DNA of 32,000 nucleotides from Halomicronema hongdechloris C2206 (lineage in GTDB: Bacteria; Cyanobacteriota; Cyanobacteriia; Phormidesmidales; Phormidesmidaceae): contig NZ_CP021983.2 of assembly GCF_002075285.3 (NCBI RefSeq), positions 1,080,001-1,112,000 on the forward strand, read 5' to 3'. Numbering within the stretch: the stretch's first letter is position 1; each line of letters starts with the position of its first letter. Below the pieces are notes generated by a model that had not been told where the DNA came from, did not search any database, and was given only the letters and a program-made list of their open reading frames with translations. This document shows positions 8,774-17,250 of this stretch, piece after piece. The translations under genes and the position numbers were made by a program.

Positions 8774-8959
8774 TTAAGGGGCTGTCTTAATCGACAATCT
8801 GTGGCGGCAGATAACTTCCAAATGGGGATACTGCTGCCGCAGCCACTCCCAGGCCCGGACCTGCAGAATGGTGTCTGTTTGCAGGGCTACGGCCCCATCA
8901 GTCAGCATCGCCTCCCCAGTCAACAGCCAGCGACCTAGGATTAGTAATAGGTCTGTCAT
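8774..8959 (-). pseudogene. Possible N-terminal fragment of an amidohydrolase-family gene
   Basis: MTDLLLILGRWLLTGEAMLTDGAVALQTDTILQV...WLRQQYPHLEV resembles the start of metal-dependent amidohydrolases/deaminases. It stops about 60 codons in, before any HxH metal motif. Weak. Confidence 0.3.
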
Positions 8960-9107
8960 CTCATTGGGTTGGGCTGTGGCATCACCCCTTGACTGTAACG
9001 GTTGCCAGGAACAGCGCCAGGATTGCGCCTTCCTGCTGGCCATTGCGCCGATAGATGCCCCTTGTCGGTCCATCTGTAGAGGCTAGAGTTGGGCAGCGAG
9101 TCCCCCT

Positions 9108-11225
9108 CTATTGTTTCGGCGAGTCGGAAGCCATTAAGGCCTGAAACCGGGGATGATCGCCCAGGCTGTCAAAATCTCTCGAAGCCGCAACCGCTTCCCG
9201 TCCTGCATCAGGAGCAAGTCTGAACAGAGTTGCCAGGCTGTCTAAGGCCTCGTCTGTGTTGCCCAGCAGGGCCTGGCACCGGGCCAAGTGAAAGTGGCTG
9301 CCAGGGTCATTCGGCTCAATGTCCAAGGCAGCGTTGAGGGCATGAATCGCCTGCTCGTAACGGCCTAACGCAGTCAGGGCATTGCCTTTGTTGTTGAGCG
9401 CGACGTGGTCGTCAGGCTTGATTTTCAGGGCGGCATCAAAGGCAGCGATGGCAGCGTCGTAACGGCCTAACGCAGCCAGGGCAACGCCTTTGTTGTGGAG
9501 CGCGGCGTCATAGTCAGGTTTGATTTTCAGGGCGGCATCGTAGGCAACAATGGCAGCCCCGTAACGGCCTAAGTCAGCCAGGGCAACACCTTTGTTGTAG
9601 AGCGTTTCGTGTTTGTCAGGTTTGATGTTTAGGGCGGCATCGTAGGCGGCGATGGCAGCCTCGTAACGGCCTAAGTCAGCCAGGGCATTGCCTTTGTTGT
9701 TGAGCGCTTCGTGGAGGTCAGGCTTGATGTTTAGGGCGGCATCGTAGGCGGCGATGGCAGCCTCATAACGGCCTAGGTGATAAAGGGCATTGCCTTTGTT
9801 GTAGAGCGCTTCGTGTTTGTCAGGTTTGATGTTGAGGGCGGCATCATAGGCGGCGATGGCAGCCTCGTAACGGCCTAAGTCAGCCAGGGCATTGCCTTTG
9901 TTGTAGAGCGCTTCGTGTTTGTCAGGTTTGATGTTGAGGGCGGCATCATAGGCGGCGATGGCAGCCTGGTAACGGCCTAAGTCAGCCAGGGCATTGCCTT
10001 TGTTGTAGAGCGCTGCGTGGTCGTCAGGTTTGATGTTGAGGGCGGCATCATAGGCGGCGATGGCAGCCTCGTAACGGTCTAAGTGATAAAGGACATTGCC
10101 TTTGTTGTAGAGCGCTTCGTGTTTGTCAGGTTTGATGTTGAGGGCGGCATCGTAGGCGGCGATGGCAGCCTCGTAACGGCCCAAGTCAGCCAGGGCAACC
10201 CCTTTGTTGTTGAGCGCTTCGTGGTCGTCAGGCTCGATTTTCAGGGCGGCATCGTAGGCGGCGATGGCGGCATTGAAGTCTTCATCAAAGAAATGGGCGT
10301 TCCCCTTGTAAAACAGCGCGATATGTCTCTCTAGGCTTGCCAGAGGCTCTTGAGTTTGTAATAGAGCCGCCTCGAAGCGGTCAATGGCGCCTGACCAATC
10401 TTCAGCAGCATATCGTGCCATGCCCAGGGTGAACAGCGTCAGGTAGGCCATCTCTGCCGAGAGCCGGGTCTGCAGCTGAAAGCTGTTCAGCTCTGCTAAC
10501 GCAGCGGTTTGCACGGTACCGCTGGCGGATTCCCCAAACTCCGGTAAATATTCCGGGGGTTTCAGCACTTCAAAGTTGACGCTGATCGGCACCGCCGTCT
10601 CCGTCTTGCCATACCAGCCCCAAATCAGGATCGACGCCTTCTGCTGTTCGCCTAGCTTTCGGGCAGCGTCGCTACCAGCCTGCTCGGTGATGGCCTCATC
10701 CAACGCCTCCACCTTGACGTCGTCGTACTCTTCGGTGGCGTCCCGCAGCTCCCTGAGAATGGTGTCGGTGACGCGGTAGTTCTGCACGTCTGGTCCATCG
10801 AACTCAGCTACCACAATCACCACCTGCTGGCTGGGCAGTCTCTCTACGTACTGCCAGGTCGAGACCCCCGCTATCACCAGCAACGGCACCAGCACCAGCC
10901 CCACCTTGGCCATACGGCGCACGATCTTACGGCGCCGCTTCTTTTGCCGTTGGCGTTGCACCTGGCTATCCGTTGGCGCCGGCTGAAATCCAGAACTAGA
11001 AGCGTCTCTACGCTCAGGCTGCCAAAAGCGAGCATAGTACAGGCAGGCCAACCAGAGCAGCACGATTCCTAAGCCCAGCAAAAGCAGGCTGACCAAGCCC
11101 GAGTGCCCTCGGAACAGTTGGATCAGGCCGACCAGACTGGTGACTAGGCCGATACCACCGGTCACGCCGCCGGCCAGCTGCCGGAGCCACTGGATGAAGC
11201 CGCTGCCGCCTCTCTCACCAGCCAT
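9108..11225 (-). CDS. Membrane-anchored tetratricopeptide-repeat protein
   Basis: 705 aa. It has N-terminal hydrophobic helices, a basic linker (QRQRQKKRRRKIVRR), a further TM helix, an ~190-aa domain of unknown type, then about 10 tandem 34-aa TPRs (AIAAYDAALNIKPDKHEALYNKGNALADLGRYEA). Confidence 0.9.
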   Translation of the reverse strand: MAGERGGSGFIQWLRQLAGGVTGGIGLVTSLVGLIQLFRGHSGLVSLLLLGLGIVLLWLACLYYARFWQPERRDASSSGFQPAPTDSQVQRQRQKKRRRKIVRRMAKVGLVLVPLLVIAGVSTWQYVERLPSQQVVIVVAEFDGPDVQNYRVTDTILRELRDATEEYDDVKVEALDEAITEQAGSDAARKLGEQQKASILIWGWYGKTETAVPISVNFEVLKPPEYLPEFGESASGTVQTAALAELNSFQLQTRLSAEMAYLTLFTLGMARYAAEDWSGAIDRFEAALLQTQEPLASLERHIALFYKGNAHFFDEDFNAAIAAYDAALKIEPDDHEALNNKGVALADLGRYEAAIAAYDAALNIKPDKHEALYNKGNVLYHLDRYEAAIAAYDAALNIKPDDHAALYNKGNALADLGRYQAAIAAYDAALNIKPDKHEALYNKGNALADLGRYEAAIAAYDAALNIKPDKHEALYNKGNALYHLGRYEAAIAAYDAALNIKPDLHEALNNKGNALADLGRYEAAIAAYDAALNIKPDKHETLYNKGVALADLGRYGAAIVAYDAALKIKPDYDAALHNKGVALAALGRYDAAIAAFDAALKIKPDDHVALNNKGNALTALGRYEQAIHALNAALDIEPNDPGSHFHLARCQALLGNTDEALDSLATLFRLAPDAGREAVAASRDFDSLGDHPRFQALMASDSPKQ
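9300..10300 (-). repeat. Tandem 102-bp coding repeats (TPR units) with very high DNA identity
   Basis: Neighbouring units such as 9841-9942 and 9943-10044 differ at only a handful of positions. Confidence 0.85.
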
Positions 11226-11302
11226 GGCGCTGCCTAGGGTGGAAAAACGTCTTCACTATAGCCGAGGGCATTTGGGCGGCTCAATGCTCGCCCCCATTCC
11301 CC

Positions 11303-11515
11303 TATGGACCGGGCGGCAATAGACAAGGACCGGCAAACAATGGCTGTGTCCCGCCTCAAACTGGCTGGGACCCACAGAAACGTCATAGAGACCCGCGTCA
11401 CGATAGAGAAGGACCGGCGGGAAATGACTGCGTCCCAAATAAAACTCTATGGGTCCCGCCCGGAAATAGAAAAGGACCGGCAAACAATGATTGCGTCCCA
11501 AATAAAAGTCTATGG
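11303..11515. repeat. Non-coding tandem repeat, about 3.5 units of ~63 bp (first unit ~84 bp)
   Basis: The core GGACCGGC recurs at 11327, 11411 and 11474. The unit pattern is TATGG.(C/G-rich 9-mer).ATAGA.AAGGACCGGC(A/G).....ATG..TG(C/T)GTCCC(AAATAAAA.TC). It lies 80-290 bp upstream of the TPR gene start. Confidence 0.75.
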
Positions 11516-11789
11516 CTCTTCATCGCCGCTTTATGATTCCCGCCGGGGCCTAACCGAACCGCCCATCCCAATTCGTTGAGATAGTGCTAGATGTTCCCTA
11601 TGCCCGTGGGCAGCGGCTTCTTCATGAAGTAGAGGCTGTGGCCTTCCGGATAGTCATCCAAGGATCTACGAAGAGGTAGCGCGCTTGCACTACCTCACGG
11701 TGAAATAGTTTTGGCCTGGGGCATTGCCTATGGCCTCATGTTAGGGCCAGGCTGCCCCCGCTTCGCGTCTCTCCAGGATTTCCCCAGGT

Positions 11790-12188
11790 CTAGGCGTTGC
11801 CTTCGGTGGGGGCCGAAATCGCCTGCCAACCGGCGAGGCCATCTTTCAGTTCGACTACCCGGGTGAAGCCTGCCTGGCGCAGTTGCTCGGCGGCAGCGGC
11901 GGTATCGTCGTCGTTGTCGCCATAGATGTAGATGTCCCGGGTCGACTCCAGGCTGCCCTGGATCATCGGCAGTAGCTCGGCCCTGGGCATGGATATGGCG
12001 CCCTGGATCCGCTCTTGGTTGTAGGCGGTGCGATCGCGGACGTCGATGATCGTCAGGGCCGGTTCGCCCCAGTTCAGACGGGCTTGCAGATCCTGGGGTG
12101 AGGCTTGGGGCGGAAGCTCAGTGAGAGTGGGCGCTGGCCCCGTCAGGTTTGATTTGACCGCGTCGATTTGCTCGGATACGTTAGCCAT
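11790..12188 (-). CDS. Rhodanese-homology domain protein lacking the catalytic cysteine
   Basis: LTIIDVRDRTAYNQERIQGAISMP...IYIYGDNDDDTAAAAEQLRQAGFTRVVELKDGLAGWQ is the rhodanese fold. The active-site loop reads YGDNDDD and the protein contains no Cys. I prefer ATG 12188; the track start at 12209 is a GTG. Confidence 0.8.
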   Translation of the reverse strand: MANVSEQIDAVKSNLTGPAPTLTELPPQASPQDLQARLNWGEPALTIIDVRDRTAYNQERIQGAISMPRAELLPMIQGSLESTRDIYIYGDNDDDTAAAAEQLRQAGFTRVVELKDGLAGWQAISAPTEGNA

Positions 12189-12319
12189 AGGTAAAGATAT
12201 GTGAACCACTGGTTACACGGTAATCAGGAATGCCGGTGAGCCCATCGGTCACAAGGCAGAGTCTTGCCACCGCTGGACCGGCATATCTGCGTGCGGAGCT
12301 GCAACTGAGGCAGTCTGCA

Positions 12320-13705
12320 CTACGACGATGGCCTTTGTTGCAAGGTATCCACTTCGGCTAGGGTGGCTTCTGGATCGTGGATCTTTTCCCGTTGGACGTA
12401 GTTGATCTTGACTTCTTCCAGCAGATCGAACAGAAGCTGCTTCAATTCGGTGGCGGTCTCCTGCCCCTTAATCTCTTCCCCCAGGGCCTGGCGGAAGTCG
12501 CGATTCAGTTGATCGAGCAAGACCCGCCCCTGTTCATCGTCGTAGGAGTCGACCAGAATATCGCAGGTGGCTTGGGCCAGATAGCTGGCCAAGAGATCTA
12601 GGGCACTGGCTGGCATGGTCTCGATGCCTGGAATCTGGCGCAGGCCGTCGTAGAGGTTGGAATTGGTCAGGGCCTGTTTGAGGCTGTGGCGCAACACGGC
12701 TTCTAGGTCGGGCTGCAGGGTGGGCACCACCCGATAGATGACCAATTCTGTCAGCCGATCGAGAATGCGGTTGACCTTATCGGGTTCGCCGACGGGAACC
12801 TGGAGGGCCGTCTCATCGGCGGTAAACAGCGTCCCCTGCTGCACGGAATCTTGGGTTTGATTGATCAAGCGCACCAGTAGGTACTGGGAGATGCGATTGG
12901 AGAGGTAGGCGGCGGGCTCATGGGTGATCTGCGACAGCAGCCACTCGATGTTGGCTAGGCCGCTGCGATGGAGCCGCACCAGCATAGGTAAAATGCGCAG
13001 CCAGCGCCAGAAGGGCAGGACCAAGGGCAGCTCGTACCAACGACGTGCGATCGCATCTAGCCAACTCACCCCGGGCTGACGGCGGCTCACCACCAAGGAT
13101 CGCACCAATAACTCTCCGGCGAAGAAGGCCATAAAAAAGCCATCTACCCACCAGAAGAAGTCGACAAACTGGCCGGTGGCGATGGTCTGGCGAAAGTAGT
13201 TGCGGGCTAAGATCGGCTCGATGCGGCGATCGAAATAGGCCAGGGCCGTGGGCCAGCCCACCTCGTTCAGGTAGGCCTGACTCCAAAAACGCTGAAAGGC
13301 ATTCTGGGCCGACGCGGTTTGCATATAGCCGCGCATGCGTCGCTTTAGCTGAGCGAAGGAGGCCATTTGATTTTCGATCAGGAACGGGTTTTCCTCGATT
13401 AAGGTCATACTCTGCTGACGCAGGTCAGCTAAGAGAGCCTCACTCTCTTGGGCCTCTAATCCCTGGGTGGCCAGGGTCTGCCGTAGGGTCGCCACCGTTT
13501 CCAGATAGGTCTGGGTCTGGGGATGGGGTTCAATGCCCTTGAGCGGATCATAGGCCTGCACCAGGGTCGGTACGTACTGCAGGTACAGCCCCCGCAACGG
13601 CACATAGCTGAGGTTAAACAACACTAACCCCACATTCAGGGTGATCAACAGCGTCACGCCTTGATTCCAGCGTTTACTCAGGGTTGACCAGTTGACTCGG
13701 GCCAT
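12320..13705 (-). CDS. Membrane protein with a voltage-sensor-like (S2-S4-like) segment and a long soluble C-terminal domain; function unknown
   Basis: 461 aa. A TM helix spans aa 16-36. Residues 180-248 read FVDFFWWVDGFFMAFFAGELLVRSLVV / VSWLDAIARRWYELPLVLPF / WRWLRILPMLVRLHRS. No pore-loop or selectivity-filter-like sequence follows. Confidence 0.7.
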   Translation of the reverse strand: MARVNWSTLSKRWNQGVTLLITLNVGLVLFNLSYVPLRGLYLQYVPTLVQAYDPLKGIEPHPQTQTYLETVATLRQTLATQGLEAQESEALLADLRQQSMTLIEENPFLIENQMASFAQLKRRMRGYMQTASAQNAFQRFWSQAYLNEVGWPTALAYFDRRIEPILARNYFRQTIATGQFVDFFWWVDGFFMAFFAGELLVRSLVVSRRQPGVSWLDAIARRWYELPLVLPFWRWLRILPMLVRLHRSGLANIEWLLSQITHEPAAYLSNRISQYLLVRLINQTQDSVQQGTLFTADETALQVPVGEPDKVNRILDRLTELVIYRVVPTLQPDLEAVLRHSLKQALTNSNLYDGLRQIPGIETMPASALDLLASYLAQATCDILVDSYDDEQGRVLLDQLNRDFRQALGEEIKGQETATELKQLLFDLLEEVKINYVQREKIHDPEATLAEVDTLQQRPSS

Positions 13706-13804
13706 ACCGTATACTCACCGTGGCATGAACAATAGGCAATCCGCTGCCCTTCGACAGCGGGTCAGGGGGATGGAATTCCCTAGTGCCCTCTACAGAGCAC
13801 TCTA

Positions 13805-14392
13805 CTATCGAGCGACAGAGGGACGCACCTCGGGACGATAGCCGCTGGGTTCGATGCCAGTGCCTTCAATGAAGGACCGCAGCATCCACGCCATCTCTTC
13901 ATGGGCCTCTAGCTGCCCGGTCAAGAAGTCGGCAGTGCCTTCATCGTGGAACTGATCACTGCATTGATCGATGGCTTGGCGCAGGTTGCGAATCACCTGC
14001 TCGTGATCGACCACTAGACGCCCAACCATTTCGTTGGCATCGGGTAAATCCCCTGGATGCTCCTTCAAGGAGGCATGTTTCAAAAATCCCTCGACGGTGC
14101 CCAAGGGATAGCCACCCAAGGCCCGGATGCGTTCGGCATAGTCATCGATGCTCTCAGTCAGCGCTTGGTAATGCTCTTCCCACAGTTCATGAAGGGTGCG
14201 GAACTGGGGACCAACCACATCCCAGTGGTACTTCTTAGTCTTGATCAACAGCAGGTAAGCGTCAGCCAGGTGTTGATTCAATAGCTCGATCACACCCTGT
14301 CGCTGTTCGTCGGAAAGGCCAATATTGATAGGTCGCATAATTTCTGGAATAACTGCTGTATTCAGTACAGCAAAGTCGACCATCAATATCAT
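13805..14392 (-). CDS. dps: Dps-family ferritin-like DNA-protection protein
   Basis: LNQHLADAYLLLIKTKKYHWDVVGPQFRTLHELWEEHY...IDDYAERIRALGG are Dps ferroxidase-site helices. The start is uncertain: ATG 14392, 14383 or 14338 (MRPINIGL). Confidence 0.85.
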   Translation of the reverse strand: MILMVDFAVLNTAVIPEIMRPINIGLSDEQRQGVIELLNQHLADAYLLLIKTKKYHWDVVGPQFRTLHELWEEHYQALTESIDDYAERIRALGGYPLGTVEGFLKHASLKEHPGDLPDANEMVGRLVVDHEQVIRNLRQAIDQCSDQFHDEGTADFLTGQLEAHEEMAWMLRSFIEGTGIEPSGYRPEVRPSVAR

Positions 14393-14717
14393 CTATCAAG
14401 GGGCAGAGGCCAGCAGGGTCGATGCCACTCCCCCATTACTGCCTGAAATCCATGCCATCTGCCAGGATATCCCTTCCGACAGATGCCAAATGAGTCCTCA
14501 ATTGTCTTTAATATAGGCTGGGATATCAAACGTTAGTTTGCCCTAAGAATGACCGCCATAATTTAATTCATTACTCCATTGAATCCCCGTTTAGATCAGC
14601 AGGCGCCAACCATAATGTCCCTGTGAGAAAGCTCGGGGTATCGAGCTGAATAGGCTGGACTAATCATCGCTTTCGGGTCATTTTTTTAGGGTCATCCTTG
14701 TTCAGTACATCATCTAG

Positions 14718-14984
14718 GTGTCTTATCAATTTATGGCTGCTTCTCATCCATTGAAAGGTCTAGAACTGCTAGATTGTGCTAAATCTAATGCCGAGCAGGG
14801 AGTTGCGATCGCAGCTCATCAATGCGGCTACGGCAGCGACATCGAGGGCTTTGCCCGCTCGCTCAAGCGCACCTGCGAAGACATCGGCGTTGACATCGAA
14901 TCCCTGGGAGATCTGATCACCCCACCCGATCGTCAAGAGGGCAGAGGATTGGACATTGCCCCGGATTCGACCAATATCCTCTGA
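14718..14984 (+). CDS. Small hypothetical protein
   Basis: 88-aa ORF (GTG 14718), or 83 aa from ATG 14733. The sequence is acidic with no recognisable motif. Coding is plausible from codon pattern only. Confidence 0.45.
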   Translation: MSYQFMAASHPLKGLELLDCAKSNAEQGVAIAAHQCGYGSDIEGFARSLKRTCEDIGVDIESLGDLITPPDRQEGRGLDIAPDSTNIL

Positions 14985-15252
14985 CTCCGCGCCCCCGTGG
15001 CCCAGTTCACGAACGCTTGGCAACCAGACGGGGCAGATACTCCCTCTGGTATCGAGGCATCCTCGCCGCCATGACTATGGCCACCATGACTATGGCCAGC
15101 CTGCCCCTGCGGCTTGATGCCGTATTCACTGGGCAGACTTTTGTCGAGGTGCCCCAGAGTGCCCCTGTCCTCTACCATGGCGACATCATGACTCTGCCGG
15201 ATGTCCAAGCTATCGTGTAATCTAGCTGATCCTTGCCCTGCTCCAGTGCTTT

Positions 15253-17244
15253 ATGGCACAGTCTCAAATTCTGCTGCTAGAAGATATTGCCTTCGATATC
15301 GAGACGATCCGGACCGCGTTAGACTCCGGCGGTATCGAGAGCAATATGATCTGCGTCGACAATCGGCAGGATTTCATAGCGGCCCTGCAAGCCACCAGCA
15401 TTGATCTGGTGCTGGCCGACTACGCCCTACCCAACTTCGACGGTCTAGCAGCCTTAGATATTATCCGGGGCCAGTATCCGCACATTCCCTTCATCCTGGT
15501 GTCGGGACTGATGGGGGAAGAATTGGCCATCGAAACCCTGAAGCAGGGTGCCACCGACTATGTCTTGAAACAACGGCTAGGTCGCCTGGTGCCAGCGGTT
15601 AAACGGGCCCTGAACGAAACGGCAGAACGCCGGGCCCGCTACCGGGCCGAGCAAGCCCTGCAAGAGAGCGAGGATCGCTTTCGCGCCTCCGTGGAAATCA
15701 TGCTAGATTGCTTTGGCATTTACTCTGCCATCCGCAATACCTCCCGACAGATTCAGGATTTTCGCATCGAGTATCTCAACACGGCTGCCTGTCAGCAATT
15801 GGGCCAAGATCCCTGGACCGTGATCGGCCAGCGCCTGAGTGAGCAGTTTCCCATGTACCAGGCCATGGGCCTAGTCGACGCCTATGCCCAGGTGGTAGAG
15901 ACGGGCCAGCCCCTGGTGCAGGAATCGCTCCTCTATGAAGATGACCAGGCCGAGGTTCTGGCCACCGCCCTGGACGTCCGGGCCGCTAAGCTGGGGGACA
16001 GCGTGGTGGTGACCTGGCGTAACATCACCGATCGCAAGCTCTCGGAGCAAGAACGAGAGAGCCTGCTGGCTCGCGAACAGGCGGCCCGGGAAGAGGCGGA
16101 AGCCGCCAGTCGGGTAAAAGACGAGTTTTTGGCCACCCTGTCCCACGAATTGCGCACCCCTCTCAATGCCATGCAGGGATGGCTGCAGCTCTTGCAGCGG
16201 CGACGGTTGGATGAGGGGACAGCCACCCGCGCCCTGGCAACGATTCAACGCAATGTGGAGGCCCTGCGACGGCTGATCGAGGATGTATTAGATGTCTCTC
16301 GCATCATTCGCGGTAAGTTGAAGCTGACGGTGACTCCACTGGATGTGGCCCCGGTAGTGTTGGCGGCAACGGAAACGATCTTGCCGGCGGCCGAAGCCAA
16401 GCAAATCGACCTGCAGACCCAACTGGCAGCGACGGCCACCCTAGTGCTGGGCGATCGCAATCGCCTGCAGCAGATCATTTGGAATCTGCTCTCTAATGCC
16501 ATCAAGTTCACCCCAGAAGGGGGCCGGGTGGATATCCGCCTGGAAGTGTTGAATCACTATGTGCAGATTCAGGTGCAAGATTCGGGGAAAGGCATCGAAC
16601 CTGAGTTTCTGCCCCATATCTTCGAGCGCTTTCGTCAGGCCGATAGCTCTACCACGCGTCGCCACATGGGGCTGGGGTTGGGGTTGGCCATTGTACGCCA
16701 CTTAGTAGAGTTGCATGGGGGCTTGGTGCGAGCCGACAGTCCTGGCCTCGGCCAAGGGGCCACGTTTACCATGTTGTTACCCCAGCTCAGCCAGACCTCG
16801 TCGGATACCTGGGCCGAGGGCAATATGGCGAGTCAGGCCATGGCCTCCCTGAAAAATTGTCGGATTCTGATCGTGGACGACCAGGCCGATGCCCGGGAAC
16901 TCTACACCACCTTTTTTAAGGGGCTGCGGGCCAATGTGAAGGCGGTGGCCACTGCCACAGAAGCCTTGACCTTGCAGGATAGTTTTCGTCCCGATGTGCT
17001 GGTGAGCGATGTCTGTCGGCCAGGGATGCAGGGGTATGAGCTGATCCAGCAGATTCGGCAGCGCTATCTGATTCCGGCCATTGCCTTAATGCAGGCTGCC
17101 GTCCCAGAGGAGAAACGTCAGGTCCTGGCGGCGGGCTTCCAGATCTATTTGTCGAAGCCGGTGGAGATGCAGCAGCTGGCCGATGCGATCGCACATCTGA
17201 CCTACAGCGACGCCACTACTCCCGGGAACCAGCCATCTTCCTAG
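15253..17244 (+). CDS. Hybrid sensor histidine kinase / response regulator (REC-PAS-HisKA-HATPase-REC)
   Basis: 663 aa. The N-terminal receiver has DLVLADYALPNFDG, followed by a PAS-like segment. The H-box is FLATLSHELRTPLN, the N-box NLLSNAIKFTPEGG and the G-boxes DSGKGI and GLGLGLAIV. The C-terminal receiver has ILIVDDQADARE...DVLVSDVCRPGMQG...YLSKP. Confidence 0.9.
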   Translation: MAQSQILLLEDIAFDIETIRTALDSGGIESNMICVDNRQDFIAALQATSIDLVLADYALPNFDGLAALDIIRGQYPHIPFILVSGLMGEELAIETLKQGATDYVLKQRLGRLVPAVKRALNETAERRARYRAEQALQESEDRFRASVEIMLDCFGIYSAIRNTSRQIQDFRIEYLNTAACQQLGQDPWTVIGQRLSEQFPMYQAMGLVDAYAQVVETGQPLVQESLLYEDDQAEVLATALDVRAAKLGDSVVVTWRNITDRKLSEQERESLLAREQAAREEAEAASRVKDEFLATLSHELRTPLNAMQGWLQLLQRRRLDEGTATRALATIQRNVEALRRLIEDVLDVSRIIRGKLKLTVTPLDVAPVVLAATETILPAAEAKQIDLQTQLAATATLVLGDRNRLQQIIWNLLSNAIKFTPEGGRVDIRLEVLNHYVQIQVQDSGKGIEPEFLPHIFERFRQADSSTTRRHMGLGLGLAIVRHLVELHGGLVRADSPGLGQGATFTMLLPQLSQTSSDTWAEGNMASQAMASLKNCRILIVDDQADARELYTTFFKGLRANVKAVATATEALTLQDSFRPDVLVSDVCRPGMQGYELIQQIRQRYLIPAIALMQAAVPEEKRQVLAAGFQIYLSKPVEMQQLADAIAHLTYSDATTPGNQPSS

Positions 17245-17250
17245 TTACCA

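Noticed and set aside
8558-9086. Plus-strand ORFs of 126 and 72 aa between mazE and the TPR gene
   Set aside because: The first starts inside mazE on the opposite strand. Neither has motifs. The composition is odd and they overlap the amidohydrolase-like remnant frame.
9300-10300. Regular 102-bp periodicity that could be mistaken for a CRISPR-like array
   Set aside because: The units are contiguous with no unique spacers, lie in one long ORF and encode canonical 34-aa TPRs.
11256-11579. ORFs of 81 aa (minus) and 91 aa (plus) covering the 63-bp repeat array
   Set aside because: They are open only because the unit length is a multiple of three. The plus frame uses the rare ATA codon for almost every Ile, there is no SD or start context, and the repeats resemble no protein motif. 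I treat the region as non-coding, flagged for experimental check.
11590-11700. Possible NUDIX hydrolase N-terminal remnant on the minus strand (HREVVQARYLFVDPWMTIRKA)
   Set aside because: Only ~20 residues resemble the pre-NUDIX-box strand (Y...PW..vR). The frame stops immediately and no NUDIX box is present. This is too weak to annotate.
13741-13760. Hairpin CCGCTG-N8-CAGCGG between dps and the membrane protein gene as a terminator
   Set aside because: The stem is short (6 bp) and no U-tract follows on the transcribed (minus) strand, so it is not convincing as an intrinsic terminator.
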